From Lama guanicoe (Eukaryota), in assembly GCA_013239625.1 (NCBI GenBank), contig MU054400.1:4403802-4467801 (forward strand): 64,000 nucleotides of DNA, written 5' to 3'. Every line of letters begins with the position of its first letter. Position 1 is the stretch's first letter. The translations under genes and the position numbers were made by a program. Positions 36,780 through 49,626 of the stretch are shown one piece after another. The notes under the pieces are model-generated. The model did no database searches and was not told the DNA's origin. It worked only from the letters and a program-made list of their open reading frames with translations.

Positions 36780-38760
36780 CTCAATTAAATTTTATTCAGT
36801 GTCTTTTTATTGAACATCTACTCTACACCCAAAGCTATTCCAAGCAATCTGGGGGCAGCAGACAGATGAGAGCATATACTAATAATTTCAAAAACTTCTT
36901 GAAGGAATACTTCATAAGATTGTCGATCCACCTGGAAGGGGAGAAGATAGATCAATGGATAGCTAGATATAAATACAGATGGATGAAAAAGGCAATAAGG
37001 TAAAATTTAAAGTAGCATGTCATTAAGACCAGTGAGTATTCTAGAGGTTCTAAGAAGATGACGGGCATGAGCTGAATATTCAGGGATTTCAAAAGGACTG
37101 GTGAGTCTCTGTTTAATTTTGGAAGTTTGGATATGTGTGTAAGGGGCAGGCATTCTGGAATTGGGGAGCATGAAGTTATTAAGCACAGTAATTAAGTGTA
37201 TGGGCTCTTGTATTGTCAAAGGATAATTGTCTAAAAGTTAAAAGCATGGCTCTCATAAAAATATAAAGCAGACACCTTTCAAAGATCCACGAGGGAATCA
37301 GCAGTGTAATCAAGCTTACTCAACACAATAAAGGAGAAATCAAAGTAGATATTGTTAATGGGGGTCAGAATATTTAAATAAAGTTGCTAAGTTCAAAACA
37401 AAATTGGTTCATGTTCTACAGGACGACAAAACTGTAACTTTGGGGACTCCCTCTTCTACTGGACAAAAATCTACATAAAAATCATTTGCAACTTTGACGA
37501 TTTTCACTAATCTAAAATGATTTCAGCATCTAGGTCCTAATAAGTAATTCAATTGTAGGTCAGAGAAAGGTACATTTCCCTGAGGAACCAAGTACTCCCT
37601 GTCGAAGCCTGTCAGACAGTGTTCCAATGTGACACTGAAAGGATGCGATGTTGAAAGGGTCTCTGAGTCCTGGTTTCTTCCTTAACAGTATTCAGGCAGA
37701 AGGGATTTCTCACCTTGTTTTATCATTTACTAGCTGTATAATGTAGCAAGGTGCCTTCACGTCTTGGTTCCTCAGTTTCTTCCTTTACCTAATGCAGACA
37801 ATAATAATTTTTAGCACACAGAGTTGTGGTAGAGATCAAATGAGATAATATACAATAGAAGTGTTTGCATAACACTTACTACACAGTAAGCGCTCAAGAT
37901 ATGTCACCTACCACACAGGGAAGGATCGTGAGCAAAACCCAAGACAAGAATGAGCCAGTTTGGAGGGAGCAGATAGACCAGCCTGGCTGGAGGGGACAAT
38001 GTGCTTCGGGAAACAGAGAAAGAAAAAACTGAATTAAAAGTTGTCAGTCAAACTAGAGATTTTTTTTAAAGGTCTTTTAAGGAAGAAAGACAGGAGCATG
38101 CATTGTTTTGAGAAATTTGGATTTTATCCTTAAGTTGATAGAGAGCTACTGGCTTTTTTATCTGCATAGTGACGTAGTGAATGCAGAATTAAGGGGAAAT
38201 TAGCCCAGCTTCTTATAAGGCAACCTGAACAAAATGTGTAGGGTTAGAGAAGATTTAAGAAGTGGCAATGGGTTGAAGAGTCAAAAGAGAAGAAGGAAGC
38301 ACATGCGGCCAGATTTTAAAACTGAAGGTGAAGTTGAGGAATTCCGTTTTGCATCAGTGGACGCAAATGCAGTGGGCTGTATTTGAGAATAAAGGACATG
38401 TAAGCAGAAATGGTTCAAGTGGACAGAGGGAGACCAGGGTGTGGATGAGAAATCAGTGGTGGAGGTACAGAGAGGTCACCCACACAACTGTGAGGGCGAA
38501 AGCCATGCGAATCAGTGGACTACCCTAGCACGGGAGAGGAGAGGGCAGAGGGCCAAGAATCATGTGTACGTTCTCACGTCCTCTTTTTCCCAAAGGGCAG
38601 CTCTTTTCGAAAGGGTAGAAACAACAACAGGTCATTGGAGAGAGAGGAGGGACGGTTGCGCGACATTTCGGGATACAAGGCAGGGGAGTGACTTAGATAA
38701 AAGGTCAGCTCCCCCAGGCTCATGAAGGATGGCTGACTTCACCATTAGATGTAAGAAACT
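36780..38760 (-). mobile_element. Degenerate L2 pieces (discontinuous)
   Basis: tttattgaacatctactctac; tttggattttatccttaagttgatagagagctactgg. Confidence 0.45.
37700..37910 (+). mobile_element. MIR SINE
   Basis: catttactagctgt...cctcagtttcttcctttacctaatg...gatcaaatgagataat...cacagtaagcgctcaa. Confidence 0.8.
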
Positions 38761-38901
38761 TTGGGAATGGTGATACATTAGCTTAAATTCACTCTGCGGT
38801 GTAGGCTACCAATATGAGAGTGATTCCCAACGGGAGGGTTTACAAGGAGGACAGAAATATTAAACCAAGGGGGGAATTTAAAGTAAGATCAGAGTAGGCA
38901 G

Positions 38902-39352
38902 TGCCGTAGGCTTGGTTTGCTCCCAAAGCAGCCCTGAGACAAGAATTCAAGTGAAAAAGGAGTTTATTTGGGAAGTGATCCTAGAAAGGACCAAGACAGG
39001 AGCGGGCAGTGGACCAGGGAACGGAAGAAAACCAGCAGAGGGTGCGCTAGTGGGCTGGGCCATGCTGGGGGCGGCTCCCAGGGCTGCCTGGAAGTGGTGA
39101 GGGGCTGTGAGGGACAGGTTTGGGGTTCTCCCACTTGAGGGGTGAGTGGCTGGAATAATTATCCACCAAGTCTAGGCTGTCGGTGGAGGGATGCTCCTGA
39201 GGTTTAATTCCTCAGTACTTCTGGTCTACCTGGGCACAGCTCAGAGACAGCTGCCAGAAGGGAGAGAGGGCACAGGCTGGGCAGGAGGCAGCCTTTGGTG
39301 TGCCTGAGATCGGCAAGCCCTGAGGAGACACGGCGGGGCACCCACAGTGCTT
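38902..39352 (-). mobile_element. ERVL solo LTR (LTR33-like)
   Basis: aagcagccctgagacaagaattcaagtg...gtttatttgggaagtgatcc matches the remembered LTR33 3' end in antisense. Confidence 0.75.
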
Positions 39353-40079
39353 TGAGAGCCAAGGACCGGAGCCAGGCTGCCTGAGTGTGAATCTGGCTGG
39401 ATATGCTGCTTTAGAGGACAACTCTGGACGGCGTCCCTGAAAGGGCTGTGACAATTCCAGTTCCACTTGTTTCCAGTTTCCTAAGAGGGGCCTTGAAAAT
39501 CTAAAAACGTCAAAGTATCTGTTGGGAATCTAACATATAACTGTTACCAACCATGTTTTTGTCCCTCACTCTGTGCCAGACTCTGTAAAACATGTGTTCC
39601 ATACAGGGTAGGACCGAGTTTTCCATCTCTCACTCCTCAATCTTCTCTGGGCTCCTCAGCCTCCCTGGGCACAAGGTGGGGTGGATCTTTGTTACCCTGC
39701 TATACACAGGTTAGTCAGCATAATAACTCCTGCAAGTTCGTCTATAAAGGCAATTAATATTAGAAAATGCTGTGTTCTACATACTTGGAAGACCTAAGGA
39801 TCTGCAGGTACTTTTTCAGGATAGAGCCAGGAATTATGGTAGCCATCACTTTGAAAACACGGCAGTGTTACCACCAGGCAGTCACAAACGCACACTGAGT
39901 CCAGAAGATGCTGTACCACGTGGCGTTTCTTTTCCTCCCGAGGGGGTCCATGAGTCCTTTATTCTCCCATCCTCCTCCCTCCTCTCTACCCACTGCAGTC
40001 TCCTACCTCTGTCTCCACTTCATGATTCTGACTCTATTCTGCCAACATGTTGCAAAGGTGGCTGTATTTCCTCTCCTGA

Positions 40080-40292
40080 ACGTCTCAGGTCCTCTGAAGT
40101 AGCCCTCTCCTGTGACCCCATTCTGAGGGTTCCAGGGAAGTAACAGCCCCCTCGCATTGCTAACCAAAGTGGATGGCAGCATCCTTCACTGGATTCTTTA
40201 AACCTTGCCCATGCTTTTAGAGATAATCCTGTTATTAGCCTCTCCTCAAATTACCCAATTACCTTGTTTCCTGCAAGACCCTGGCTGATACA
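40080..40292 (+). mobile_element. ERVL LTR 3' fragment (LTR40/41-like)
   Basis: ctctcctcaaattacccaatt...tgtttcctgcaagaccctggctgataca. Confidence 0.6.
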
Positions 40293-40459
40293 GCAGGCAA
40301 GAGGATGACGGGCAGTTCAGTGACAGAAACCCTGCCTTATGTTTCTCTCTGAGTCTGTCTCTGCTAAGATACAAATGCAAACGTTAGTAGAGCTTAAAGT
40401 TCTGAGGTTCAGAGTGGACCCCATCAAAGAAGAGTGACTATGCCTGGAGAAAAAGCATT

Positions 40460-41050
40460 TTCTTTTATTTTTTTCCTTCCAGTTTTATTGAGATACAATT
40501 GACACAAAGCACTGTATAAGTTTAAGGTGTACAGCATAATGATTTTGCGAGGGGGGGCAGATAGAATTACATTGTCTATTGAGTTATCAACATGCCTCTA
40601 CTCTTGCTCTTTTCTTTACATTATTTTTCATTTTCTTTTTTAAAAGTTTTAAACAACTTTATCATGGTATAATTTCTGTACAGTAAATGACACATAGTTC
40701 AGATGTACAATTTGATGAATTTTGATAGACGTATACACCCATGAAGTCACCACCACAGTCACGATACCTAAGCATTTTCAGGGAGGGTGTTGTGACATCA
40801 GCCTTTGGCTCAACAAACACTGAGAGCCTCCTGAGCATCAGGCACTGTTCTAGGTGTGAGCAAGACAAGGTTCCTGCCTCACGAAGCTTTATTCTCATGG
40901 AAGGTGGGAGTAAACACACACATAAACAAAAAAAGACAAGTTCAAATAATGATAAACAGCATTTTTAAAATACCAAAGATGGAGGAGTACTCTTTTAGGT
41001 TAGATGACTAACAATTGCTCTTAAGAGTTAATATCTGAGCTAACTGGGCA
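40460..41050 (-). mobile_element. Short antisense L1 3' ends followed by L2
   Basis: cagttttattgagatacaattgaca...tttaaggtgtacagcataat; gatgaattttgatag; caggcactgttctaggtg (L2). Confidence 0.7.
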
Positions 41051-42120
41051 TCTTCCTTAGCATAACTGAGACATCCCCTCGCCAACTCCTAAAATTATTG
41101 AGGGTGACTTAGAAGGACGCTGTAGCAATGCATGAGCAAGAAGGAACAGGGAGGCACTGAAATCTAGATATTACAGTTAAAGGGACTTAATAACCCAGCA
41201 CCCAAAGGCTGAGTTATTCATCCCTTCACCCTCATCATGTGATGTTTCTAGGCGTTCAGTAAAAACGTATTAACTGAATAGTTGCTACAATTCTTTCTAC
41301 GCTTAGGGAGATTGTGACCCTGGTCAAAATGGTGGGAATAAGCTATCATTTGCTTTCTGCAAACAGAATGGAAATGACTTCTGGCGGTGGGCGTGTGAGG
41401 TTTTCCTTAGAATGGAATGGTGAGGGTGCGGACTAATGTGCTCTAATAAACCGCCATTTGCTGGAAAGGCTTTTTGTCAATGAGCTCGGAAAGAAGCAGA
41501 GATAGTCACAGGAAGTTCCGAGATGGGGTCTACTTTATGGGAATCGGAATCCAATCCAAACATTTTGTGGTTCAGCCACTGAAAGTTCTACTTAAACCTC
41601 TGGACGTGTATCCATCTCTGGTCCAGCCTGGAGCCACTGTGACTTTCACATGAAATCCACTGCAAGTTACTAATTATTGTCTTCACAAAAACCACAGTGC
41701 AGGCAGTAGCTGCATTCCACAAATGGGTTTTCTGCTCTCAAGGAATAACACTGGAGGGCAGAGGTGGTAGCTAGCTAGTATTCCTACCCATGAGTGTTCC
41801 CCCAAACTCAGTTCCAAGCCTCTCTTCTCTTTCCCTTAACCCCATAGCCACCAGCATCTCTCATCCCAGCCCTTCAGCTTCTTTCCCTAAAAGCACTTTG
41901 ATTGTAACTGCAGGTGGTTGCTTTCTAGAGCAAGCTGGCTTCAGGGCTGGGACAGGTCATCTCAGCTGACTGTGATCACTTATGGATGGAACCATCTGTC
42001 GTGGTCCTTGTCAAAGTACGTGCCTGGTGTGTCTGACTTCCAAGGAGCTCACCATTTGCCTAATACAGTAACGGAAGCTTGGCAGCCTAAGGATGTTTCA
42101 AGTAAATAATACGTGAAGGA

Positions 42121-42630
42121 CAGTGATTCTCAGACTGCTTGATGTCACTACTCCACACTCCGAGAAATTATTAAGACCTCCAAAGTGCTTTTGTTTATGT
42201 GGGTAATAATATATATTGGCAATTGCTGTGTTAGAAATTAAAACTGAGAATTTTTTGTCTTAATTTACTTTAAAAAATAATAAAAACATTACATGTTCAT
42301 AGAAAAATCACTTTATGAACAATATGTATATTTTCCAAAAGTAAGAAAAAAAATTTGTGATAAGGGTGGCACTGTTTTACAGTGTTGCGAGTCTTTAATA
42401 TTTGACTTACTAGAAGAGAGCTGGACTCTGTCTGTTTCTGTGTTCAACCTGTTGTCATATCACGCATGCTGTAGCTGCTGGGGAGTTCCACTGTACCCTT
42501 GTGAGAAAACAAGAGGGAAGAAGACAAATAATAATGGACCCTTTTGAGAAAAATAATTTTGACCTCGCAGATCCCCTGAAAGGGTCTCAGGGACTCTCTG
42601 AGTTCCTGGAAGACACTTTGAGAGCTTCCG
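42121..42630. mobile_element. hAT-Charlie non-autonomous element (Charlie1b-like)
   Basis: Starts cagtgattctca; gcttttgtttatgtgggt...agaaattaaaactgagaa; ends tttgacctcgcagatcccctgaaagggtctcagggac...acactttgagagc. Confidence 0.75.
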
Positions 42631-43664
42631 TCGGAAGGGAAAAGCATTGTAATTCTTTCCCAGTTGATGGGAAAGCAGGAGCTTGAGGAAGGAGTGTGAT
42701 GGGCAGGATGTCAAGCAGAGCCCGTTGCTAATTCCAAGAAAGTGTCGTGAGGTTTGGGGACTGGCGGGAAACATTGGGTTTAACCCCATGTCACGATTTA
42801 ACCCTTTGGATCTACAAAGACAGATTTCAAATATTGAAGCTGGGTGGGAACTTGAAGATCACGTGAAAAAAAACCTTCATTCTAAAAAAAAAAAAAAGTT
42901 GACTCAATGATTAGTTATTAGCAAAGTCCAGCCAACACCTGGAGTGTAGCCTGAGCCCAGAATGATGGGTCCCCAGAAGCAACAGGAGGAACGGCATGTG
43001 CTCCCATCCCCCATCCAACTTCCCATTTTTTTATTACTGAACTGTTCTCTCTCCGGCAGCGTTGGGTTCCATCCAGTGACTATATGTTCTGTGAGCCACT
43101 TAACAAACTCAAGCTGTGGTTTAGGGCTGATAAATAATTATGTTAATTAACAGGTTGGAGGAAAAATATGATGTTATTCCTGTGGAATGCTCTGAGAAGC
43201 TGGAAACACTTAACTGCAAAAACTGCATGTGGTGAAATAACCAATAATTTTCTGAAAAAAAAAACCCACATCTGGTTTGCTGGCTCAAAGCAGGGGTTAA
43301 TAGTCGTTCGAGGGCAGCCAGTGGTGAAGAGGGGTCCCAGGGTAAACAGCCAAACCTTCACGGCAGGAAATATGCCTGCTCTGTAGCACAAGCATTTACG
43401 TTGGCTTCCACCCAGGATGAAACGTAAGAGGAATTGTTTAGTTTGCCCCTTTCTTCTCTTTGTAACATACAGTTCAAGAATGTCTTGCTCATATTTGTAC
43501 ACTTGGAAACGGAGAAGATTTAGGGAATAGTCGAGTGAGAATAATTAAAAAAGAAATTATGTGCTCCAAACTTCCAAAAGGATGCAGCAGACACATCACA
43601 GCAGTGAAGAATAGAGAAGTGAGTTTGAATCATATGCATAATTATTTATCATCATAAAAGATAC

Positions 43665-44640
43665 GCTGGTGTGATAAGTATTTACTGAGCATCTTCCTTG
43701 CACAAGGCATGGATAGGAGTGTTATAAATAACACACAGGGGAGTAATCTGTGGTCCCGAATCTCAAGGGGAAAAGAGCTCAGGAGAGAGACTAAAACAGA
43801 CAGTATGGGCGTAGTACAAATGTGTGTGAAGTGTGTCATCAAAGAGGGAGAAATCAAGCACTTTAAGAGGTTTAGAGGAAGGACAGTTTATGAAAGTTTG
43901 GAAGAGTCGGTGAAGGTTTCCTGTCAACAGTGGTGTTTCAGCTGAGGCATACAAGATGACTGGGATTCCAGCAGATGGAAATAAAGGCAGAAGGGCATTG
44001 GGATGGAGAGCACCGCACATCCACAGCATCTGCCGATGGAGGTGCGGAAGCAGGAGACGTGAGTAAACCCACTGGGCTAGAATGCAGGATAGATGTAAAG
44101 AGTTTGGGAAGGTTAAGCAGAGAACAGTCAAAATTGGAGATGCTCACCGGGATGTTGGTCTGGCGGCAGCAGCATGTGTGATAAAGTGGAACTGGGCAAA
44201 TCCGAGCACCAAGATGGGGCTCAGAGAGACAGTCTCGGGATGAGCCAGGGAGTGAGTACAGAGATCCTATAGGGTGATCATCGCCCACTAGGTATTTATG
44301 GGACATGACAACTGATGGGATATGAAGCCCAAGGTAGCTGGACAGTTGAAGGTAGTTTCCTAGGCTCCATCTGCCAGAACTAAGAGAATGTGCTCGAATT
44401 TCTGAGCTGCCAGGTAGACATATTCAGCTGGTGGTTAAAAATTAGGATACAGAGGCCAGAAGCATGAAGGAAGGGAGTCCATTTAGGGGTCAAGATAAGG
44501 AAGAGCAGTCATTACAAGGAAGGAATGAGAAGCAGTGACCTTGGGCCCGCTGTGGCCTTCTTCTAGTCCCCTCAACACTGCATGTCAGACCTGAGATGTG
44601 CAAATCTGATCATGGCAGCGCCCACCATGCTTACACTAAA
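43665..44640 (-). mobile_element. L2 remnant
   Basis: aagtatttactgagcatc...gaaggtttcctg...tttcagctgag; degenerate L2 motifs continue. Confidence 0.55.
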
Positions 44641-46099
44641 GAATATTTTTAGGTATAGTAGATCCAGGAAAGCTTGGGAGGAGATGTAAGATGCTGCAAG
44701 ATGATTTGAAAAAGACATGCAGGTTGTCCAGATGGAGGCTGAGAAAAATCATTTGGGAACTGAGAAGGTTGTAAGGAACTTAGCGTAGCATCCTCCCCAG
44801 GACAAATAAAAAGACAAAATAGAACCATGCTTCATAAACAAGGAAACTTGTACTCTATTCCAAGGTAATACATGAGAAATGAATATGGCAAAAATTACAG
44901 TTGTCGAAAAGAGAAAAGTTAGAATTGGAGGTATCATTTTCACTCATCAAATAGGGAACTTTTTTTAAATAAGGATGCTTGATGTTGTCCTAGTATTTAC
45001 CATCTGGTGTACATAAGGGTCAAACAAGCCTTGCAGAGTGTAAGGGCCACCATCCAGAGAGCTTAACGCCTCTCATTGTCACCTGTCATGTTCATTCACC
45101 CATCAGAAACAGAAACAGAAACAGAAATAAATATCAATTCTCTCCCTTACTCGGCAGGTTCTTCTGAAGAAGTGAGTGTGAAAAACCATCTGCTGCACAA
45201 AATGCTGTCACGGAACCTGGGACAAGAATGGATAACATGCTTTCTGTGTGGCAAGAGGTCCTCTTCCTTTTAAAAGCAAGAGAAACATCGAAAGGTAAGC
45301 TGTCTGTACAAACAGTAGTCCCGGATGGCAGATATTGCCATCAAAATCAAACAAACCAGTGGAAACGTCTAATTAAAAAATAAAGAGAATGGTTATAATT
45401 CACTGATGGGATCCTCTGATAGACCAATCAAAACATCTGTAAAGGGATATCCAGTGGAAGAGGAAACATCTCACTTTAAAAATGATACTGGAGACCAAGC
45501 TACTGTTAGAATCAGAGATTTCCACTAGTTTAAGTCCACACTCTGGACTAGTGTGTGATTCTTGTTTGGCCACCTGAAATTGACTACCCTGTCACCTTTA
45601 AGGAGAACCCAAGACTCAGCGTGTCCCCTCTGTCAGCCCTTTGGCTGAAAGATGAGAGCTTCACACAACTCCAAAACTCTCCTTTTAGTGCAAGAGTATC
45701 ATTTTTTTTTCCTTTGAAATAGGTTCTTTTCTTCTCATCCAATTAGTTCTGCCTTTATCAATAAAAGTTTAATGCCTAACCCTAAAACAGGCTAGCAGAA
45801 AGGCAGCTGTGATTCAGTACATCCAGGGAGCCATAGACCTACTAAGTAAAATGCTATAGAAATAGGCTAGTAGCAAGGCATGCTGGGGAGGCACTGTTTC
45901 ATAGGGTACTTGGGTGTTTCCGCTTGTCAGAAGAACAGGCAGAAAAAGGGGAAGAAGACCCCTCCTCAGCTCAGCAGCAACTTAACTGAGTGGAACCTGG
46001 GGTGGGTCAGGAGCTATAGGTGGAAGATATTCTCCTAACCATTGAACAGACAAGGAACAGAGATTGTGCGAGTCAGCACCTCCACCAACAGTCCCTGTT

Positions 46100-47106
46100 G
46101 AAGAGAACACAGAAGAACCACAAAACCACCAGAAAACAAGCAACAAATTTCAGTAAGTACATGCCTATCAAAAATCACTTTAAATGTCAATGGACTAAAT
46201 GCTCCAATCAAAAGACAGGGTGCCTGATTGGATTAAAAAACGAGACCCATCTATATGCTGCCTACAAGAGACTCACTTCAGAGTTAAAGGCACACACAGA
46301 CTGAAAGTGAGAGGATGAGAAAAGGTGTTCTATAAAATGAAGAAAACAAAAACACCTCTTAGGAGAAAATGTAGGTAGTACACTCTTTGACATAAGTCTT
46401 AGCAATATTTTTCTGGATCTGTCTCCTCAGTCAAGAGAAACAGCAACAAAATAACAAATGAGAACTAATTAAACTTAAAAAGCTTTTGCACAGCAAAGAA
46501 AACCATCAACAAAATGAAAAGACAATCTACTGAATGGGAGAAGTTACTTGCAAATGATATGTCTGATAAAGAGTTAATATCCCAACATACACAAAAAGCT
46601 CACACAACTCAGTATCAAAAAAATAAACAACCTAATTAAAAATGGGCAGAAGATCTGAATTGACATTTTTTTCAAAGAAGGCATATAGATGGCCAACAGG
46701 CACATGAAAAGATGCTCAGTGTCACTAAGCATGAGGGATATGTAAATCAAAACCACAGTGAGCTATTACCCACCCCTATGTGTCAAAATGGCCATCATCA
46801 AGAAGACAACAAATAATAAACGTTGGCAAGGATATGGCAAAAAGAGAACTATGGTACACTGTTGGTGGAAATGTAAATTGGTGCAACCACTATGGAAAAC
46901 AGTACCAAGGTTCCTCAAAAAATTAAAAATGTAACTACCATATGTTCTATTAATTCCACTCCTAAGTATATAGCCCAAGGAAACAAAAACACTAACAAAG
47001 AAAGATATATGCACCCCAATGTTCATAGCAGCATTACTTACAGTAGCCAAGATATGGAATCCACCTACATGTCTATCAACAGGTGAATGGATAAAGAAAA
47101 TGTATG

Positions 47107-47142
<36 letters not shown>

Positions 47143-47605
47143 TAATATATATAATGGAATATTACTCAGCCATAAAAAAGAGTGAAATTTTGCCATTTGC
47201 AAAAACATGGGTGGAACTGGAGGGTATTATGCTTAGTTAAGTGAGACAGAGAAAGGCAAATGTTATTACATATATTTGGAATCTAAAAAATAAAACAAGC
47301 AAATGAATATAACAAAACAAAAACAGACTCACAGATAGAAACAAACTAGTGATTACCACCAGGGAGAGGAAGAGAAGTAAGGGCAAGATAGGGAAAGAAG
47401 ATTAAGAGGTACAAACTATTAGGTATAAAACAAATGATACAAGGTTGTCATGTACAGCACAGAGAATAGAGCCAACACTTTATAATAACTTTAAAAGAAG
47501 TATAATCTATAAAAATATTGCATCACTCTGTTGTACTCTTGAAACACTGTATACGTAATATAACATTGTACATCAACTATATTTCAAATTTAAAAAGAAA
47601 AAGAT
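46100..47605 (+). mobile_element. LINE-1 with a large internal ORF2 deletion
   Basis: EN start (ITLNVNGLNAPIKR...ICCLQETH) at 46150-46335 joined near 46345 to the C-terminal region (LLGENVGSTLFDISLSN), then 3' UTR and A tail. Confidence 0.9.
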
Positions 47606-48169
47606 TAAAAATAAACTAACCCAAAGCAAATTTAGGCATGAAAAAAACACTGGACACAATGGGGGGAGAAAATGGGCAAACTGTATCTAAATGTTAACAG
47701 TGATTATGGCTGAACATATATAGAATTTAGGATTATCTCTAAAGTATAATGTGTTATATTTTGTAATAAAATGCAGAGATTAATAAAAAGAGCTGCAGGG
47801 TGATGATTTTTTAGAGCTAATTAGAGAGTCCAGCCAGAAATAGAGATAGAAAGGACACACTAAGCTAGCACACACACCAGCACAGTGATGCTATTATTAA
47901 AAATCAAAGCGTGTCAGAGACAACTCTCTTTTCTCCCTAAATAGGCCCCTAGAAACATTTTTAAAGGCCTAGGACCTGGTAGGCAAACTCATGCTTAACA
48001 AATACTTAACAAATCAGTCGTGGAACAGTTTTATTAACAGAAATTTTATAGGAACATGATCTCATTCCAAATGGTGCTTATGGATCCAAACTCTGAAGTA
48101 AGGGAAAACTAACACAGCAGAAAGACTTTATGAAGTTATAAATTAACCAGCGACACCTGCGCGGGAAAT

Positions 48170-48400
48170 GTAGCTGTAATGAAAAGAGCCTGGATTCTGA
48201 CTCAGAGACGCTCCTGCCCCGTGATGGGGGTGTCCTTGGACAAGTCATTTACCTCTGGGGTACCAGGGTCCTCATCTGTGAAATGGGCATTGTAGCACTG
48301 CCCAGCTCCCCTCACAGGACCATGACAAACAGCAAAAGGCAAAACGTATGTGAACACAGTGTTCTGCAAACATGAGTCATCACTGCGTTATTCTATTAAT
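48170..48400 (+). mobile_element. MIR SINE
   Basis: ccttggacaagtcatttacctctgggg...cctcatctgtgaaatggg. Confidence 0.8.
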
Positions 48401-48989
48401 GAGAGGAGTGTAAGCTAGGATTTATAGGATTTACAAGTCTTTGCACAAATGCTGTAGAATTTCATGACACCGTACTTTCTCCCAGAAATAGCATGCAATG
48501 CAGCCCTAAAATGAAGAACTTGAAAGATGATTCATTTTCCAGATGAGATTATTTTCTGAGAAGCCTGCTAAAACGTGTTTTATTTGTAATGCTGGTGCTT
48601 CCATTTTCCATTTTTTTCAGAATACTCAAAATGTGTTTCATATTTGGACTTGGTACTCGAAACATACTTTCCAAAGATAATACCCAAATGTGGAACTATC
48701 TATAAAATGTCAAAAATCAGCACATTTGGGGATGTAGTTGGTCAGCAGTATAGGAAAGGAGAGCTTCATTTTCGTAAAATGCTTACAGTCATGAATATGC
48801 ATGCCTGTACATGGTGTGTGTGTGTGTGTTGTATGTGTGTGTGTTCCTGCACATGTGTGTGGGCCCACTGGTGCACATGTATGTTACAGGAAGCTGTAAG
48901 AAGGAGTGGTGGAAACAGCACCCAGCTCCACTTCCCCTGCTTGCTGACCCCTCGAGGTTTAGGTCAAGTTTTGCAGAAGCAACAGATCA

Positions 48990-49555
48990 TGAATAATTGG
49001 TTGGAGATGATTCAATGTATTTATAATGGAGGGGAAATACGTAAGACAACGAATAACTGGTTCAAGTTGTACAAAATATACACTGCAGATAAGAAAATAA
49101 CATACACAAAATATATATCACGTTTGTAACAGAGAAAAATCACAGACCTACCAGAAGGAAATGGGTTAAAATTCACCCAGAAAAGAATTCTGTTGGGTCA
49201 TTTCAAGATATGATAAGGATCTGCATTCAGATATTGAAAGATATCCATGAACTAACACAGAGTGAAAAAAGACTATATGTTCTATATATAGCATGAAGCA
49301 ACTTTTATAACTATAATCTACAAGCATATTATAGATTATGCAATGTATGTACTGCATAGAAAAAAACCTGAGTGGAGACACCCTAAAATATTAACACTAG
49401 TGACCCAGTTTAGAATATTTTTAACTTTTTAAAACTTTTTCTCTATTGGGGGAGGTGTTTTTGACTACTTTGCTATAATTGTTAGAATTCTTTAACACTC
49501 TGGAATTATTTTAACAAGCATAAACAAATAAAACTTTTTTTCATTTTGAGAAAAG
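48990..49555 (+). mobile_element. Ancient L1ME-like 3' remnant
   Basis: AT-rich, accctaaaatattaacactagtg-type motifs. Confidence 0.45.
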
Positions 49556-49626
49556 TAGCAAAACATATTGTTCCCCCCAAAATGCTTACATTTCAATCTT
49601 CGGAAGTGATTAAGAAGTGATTTTTG

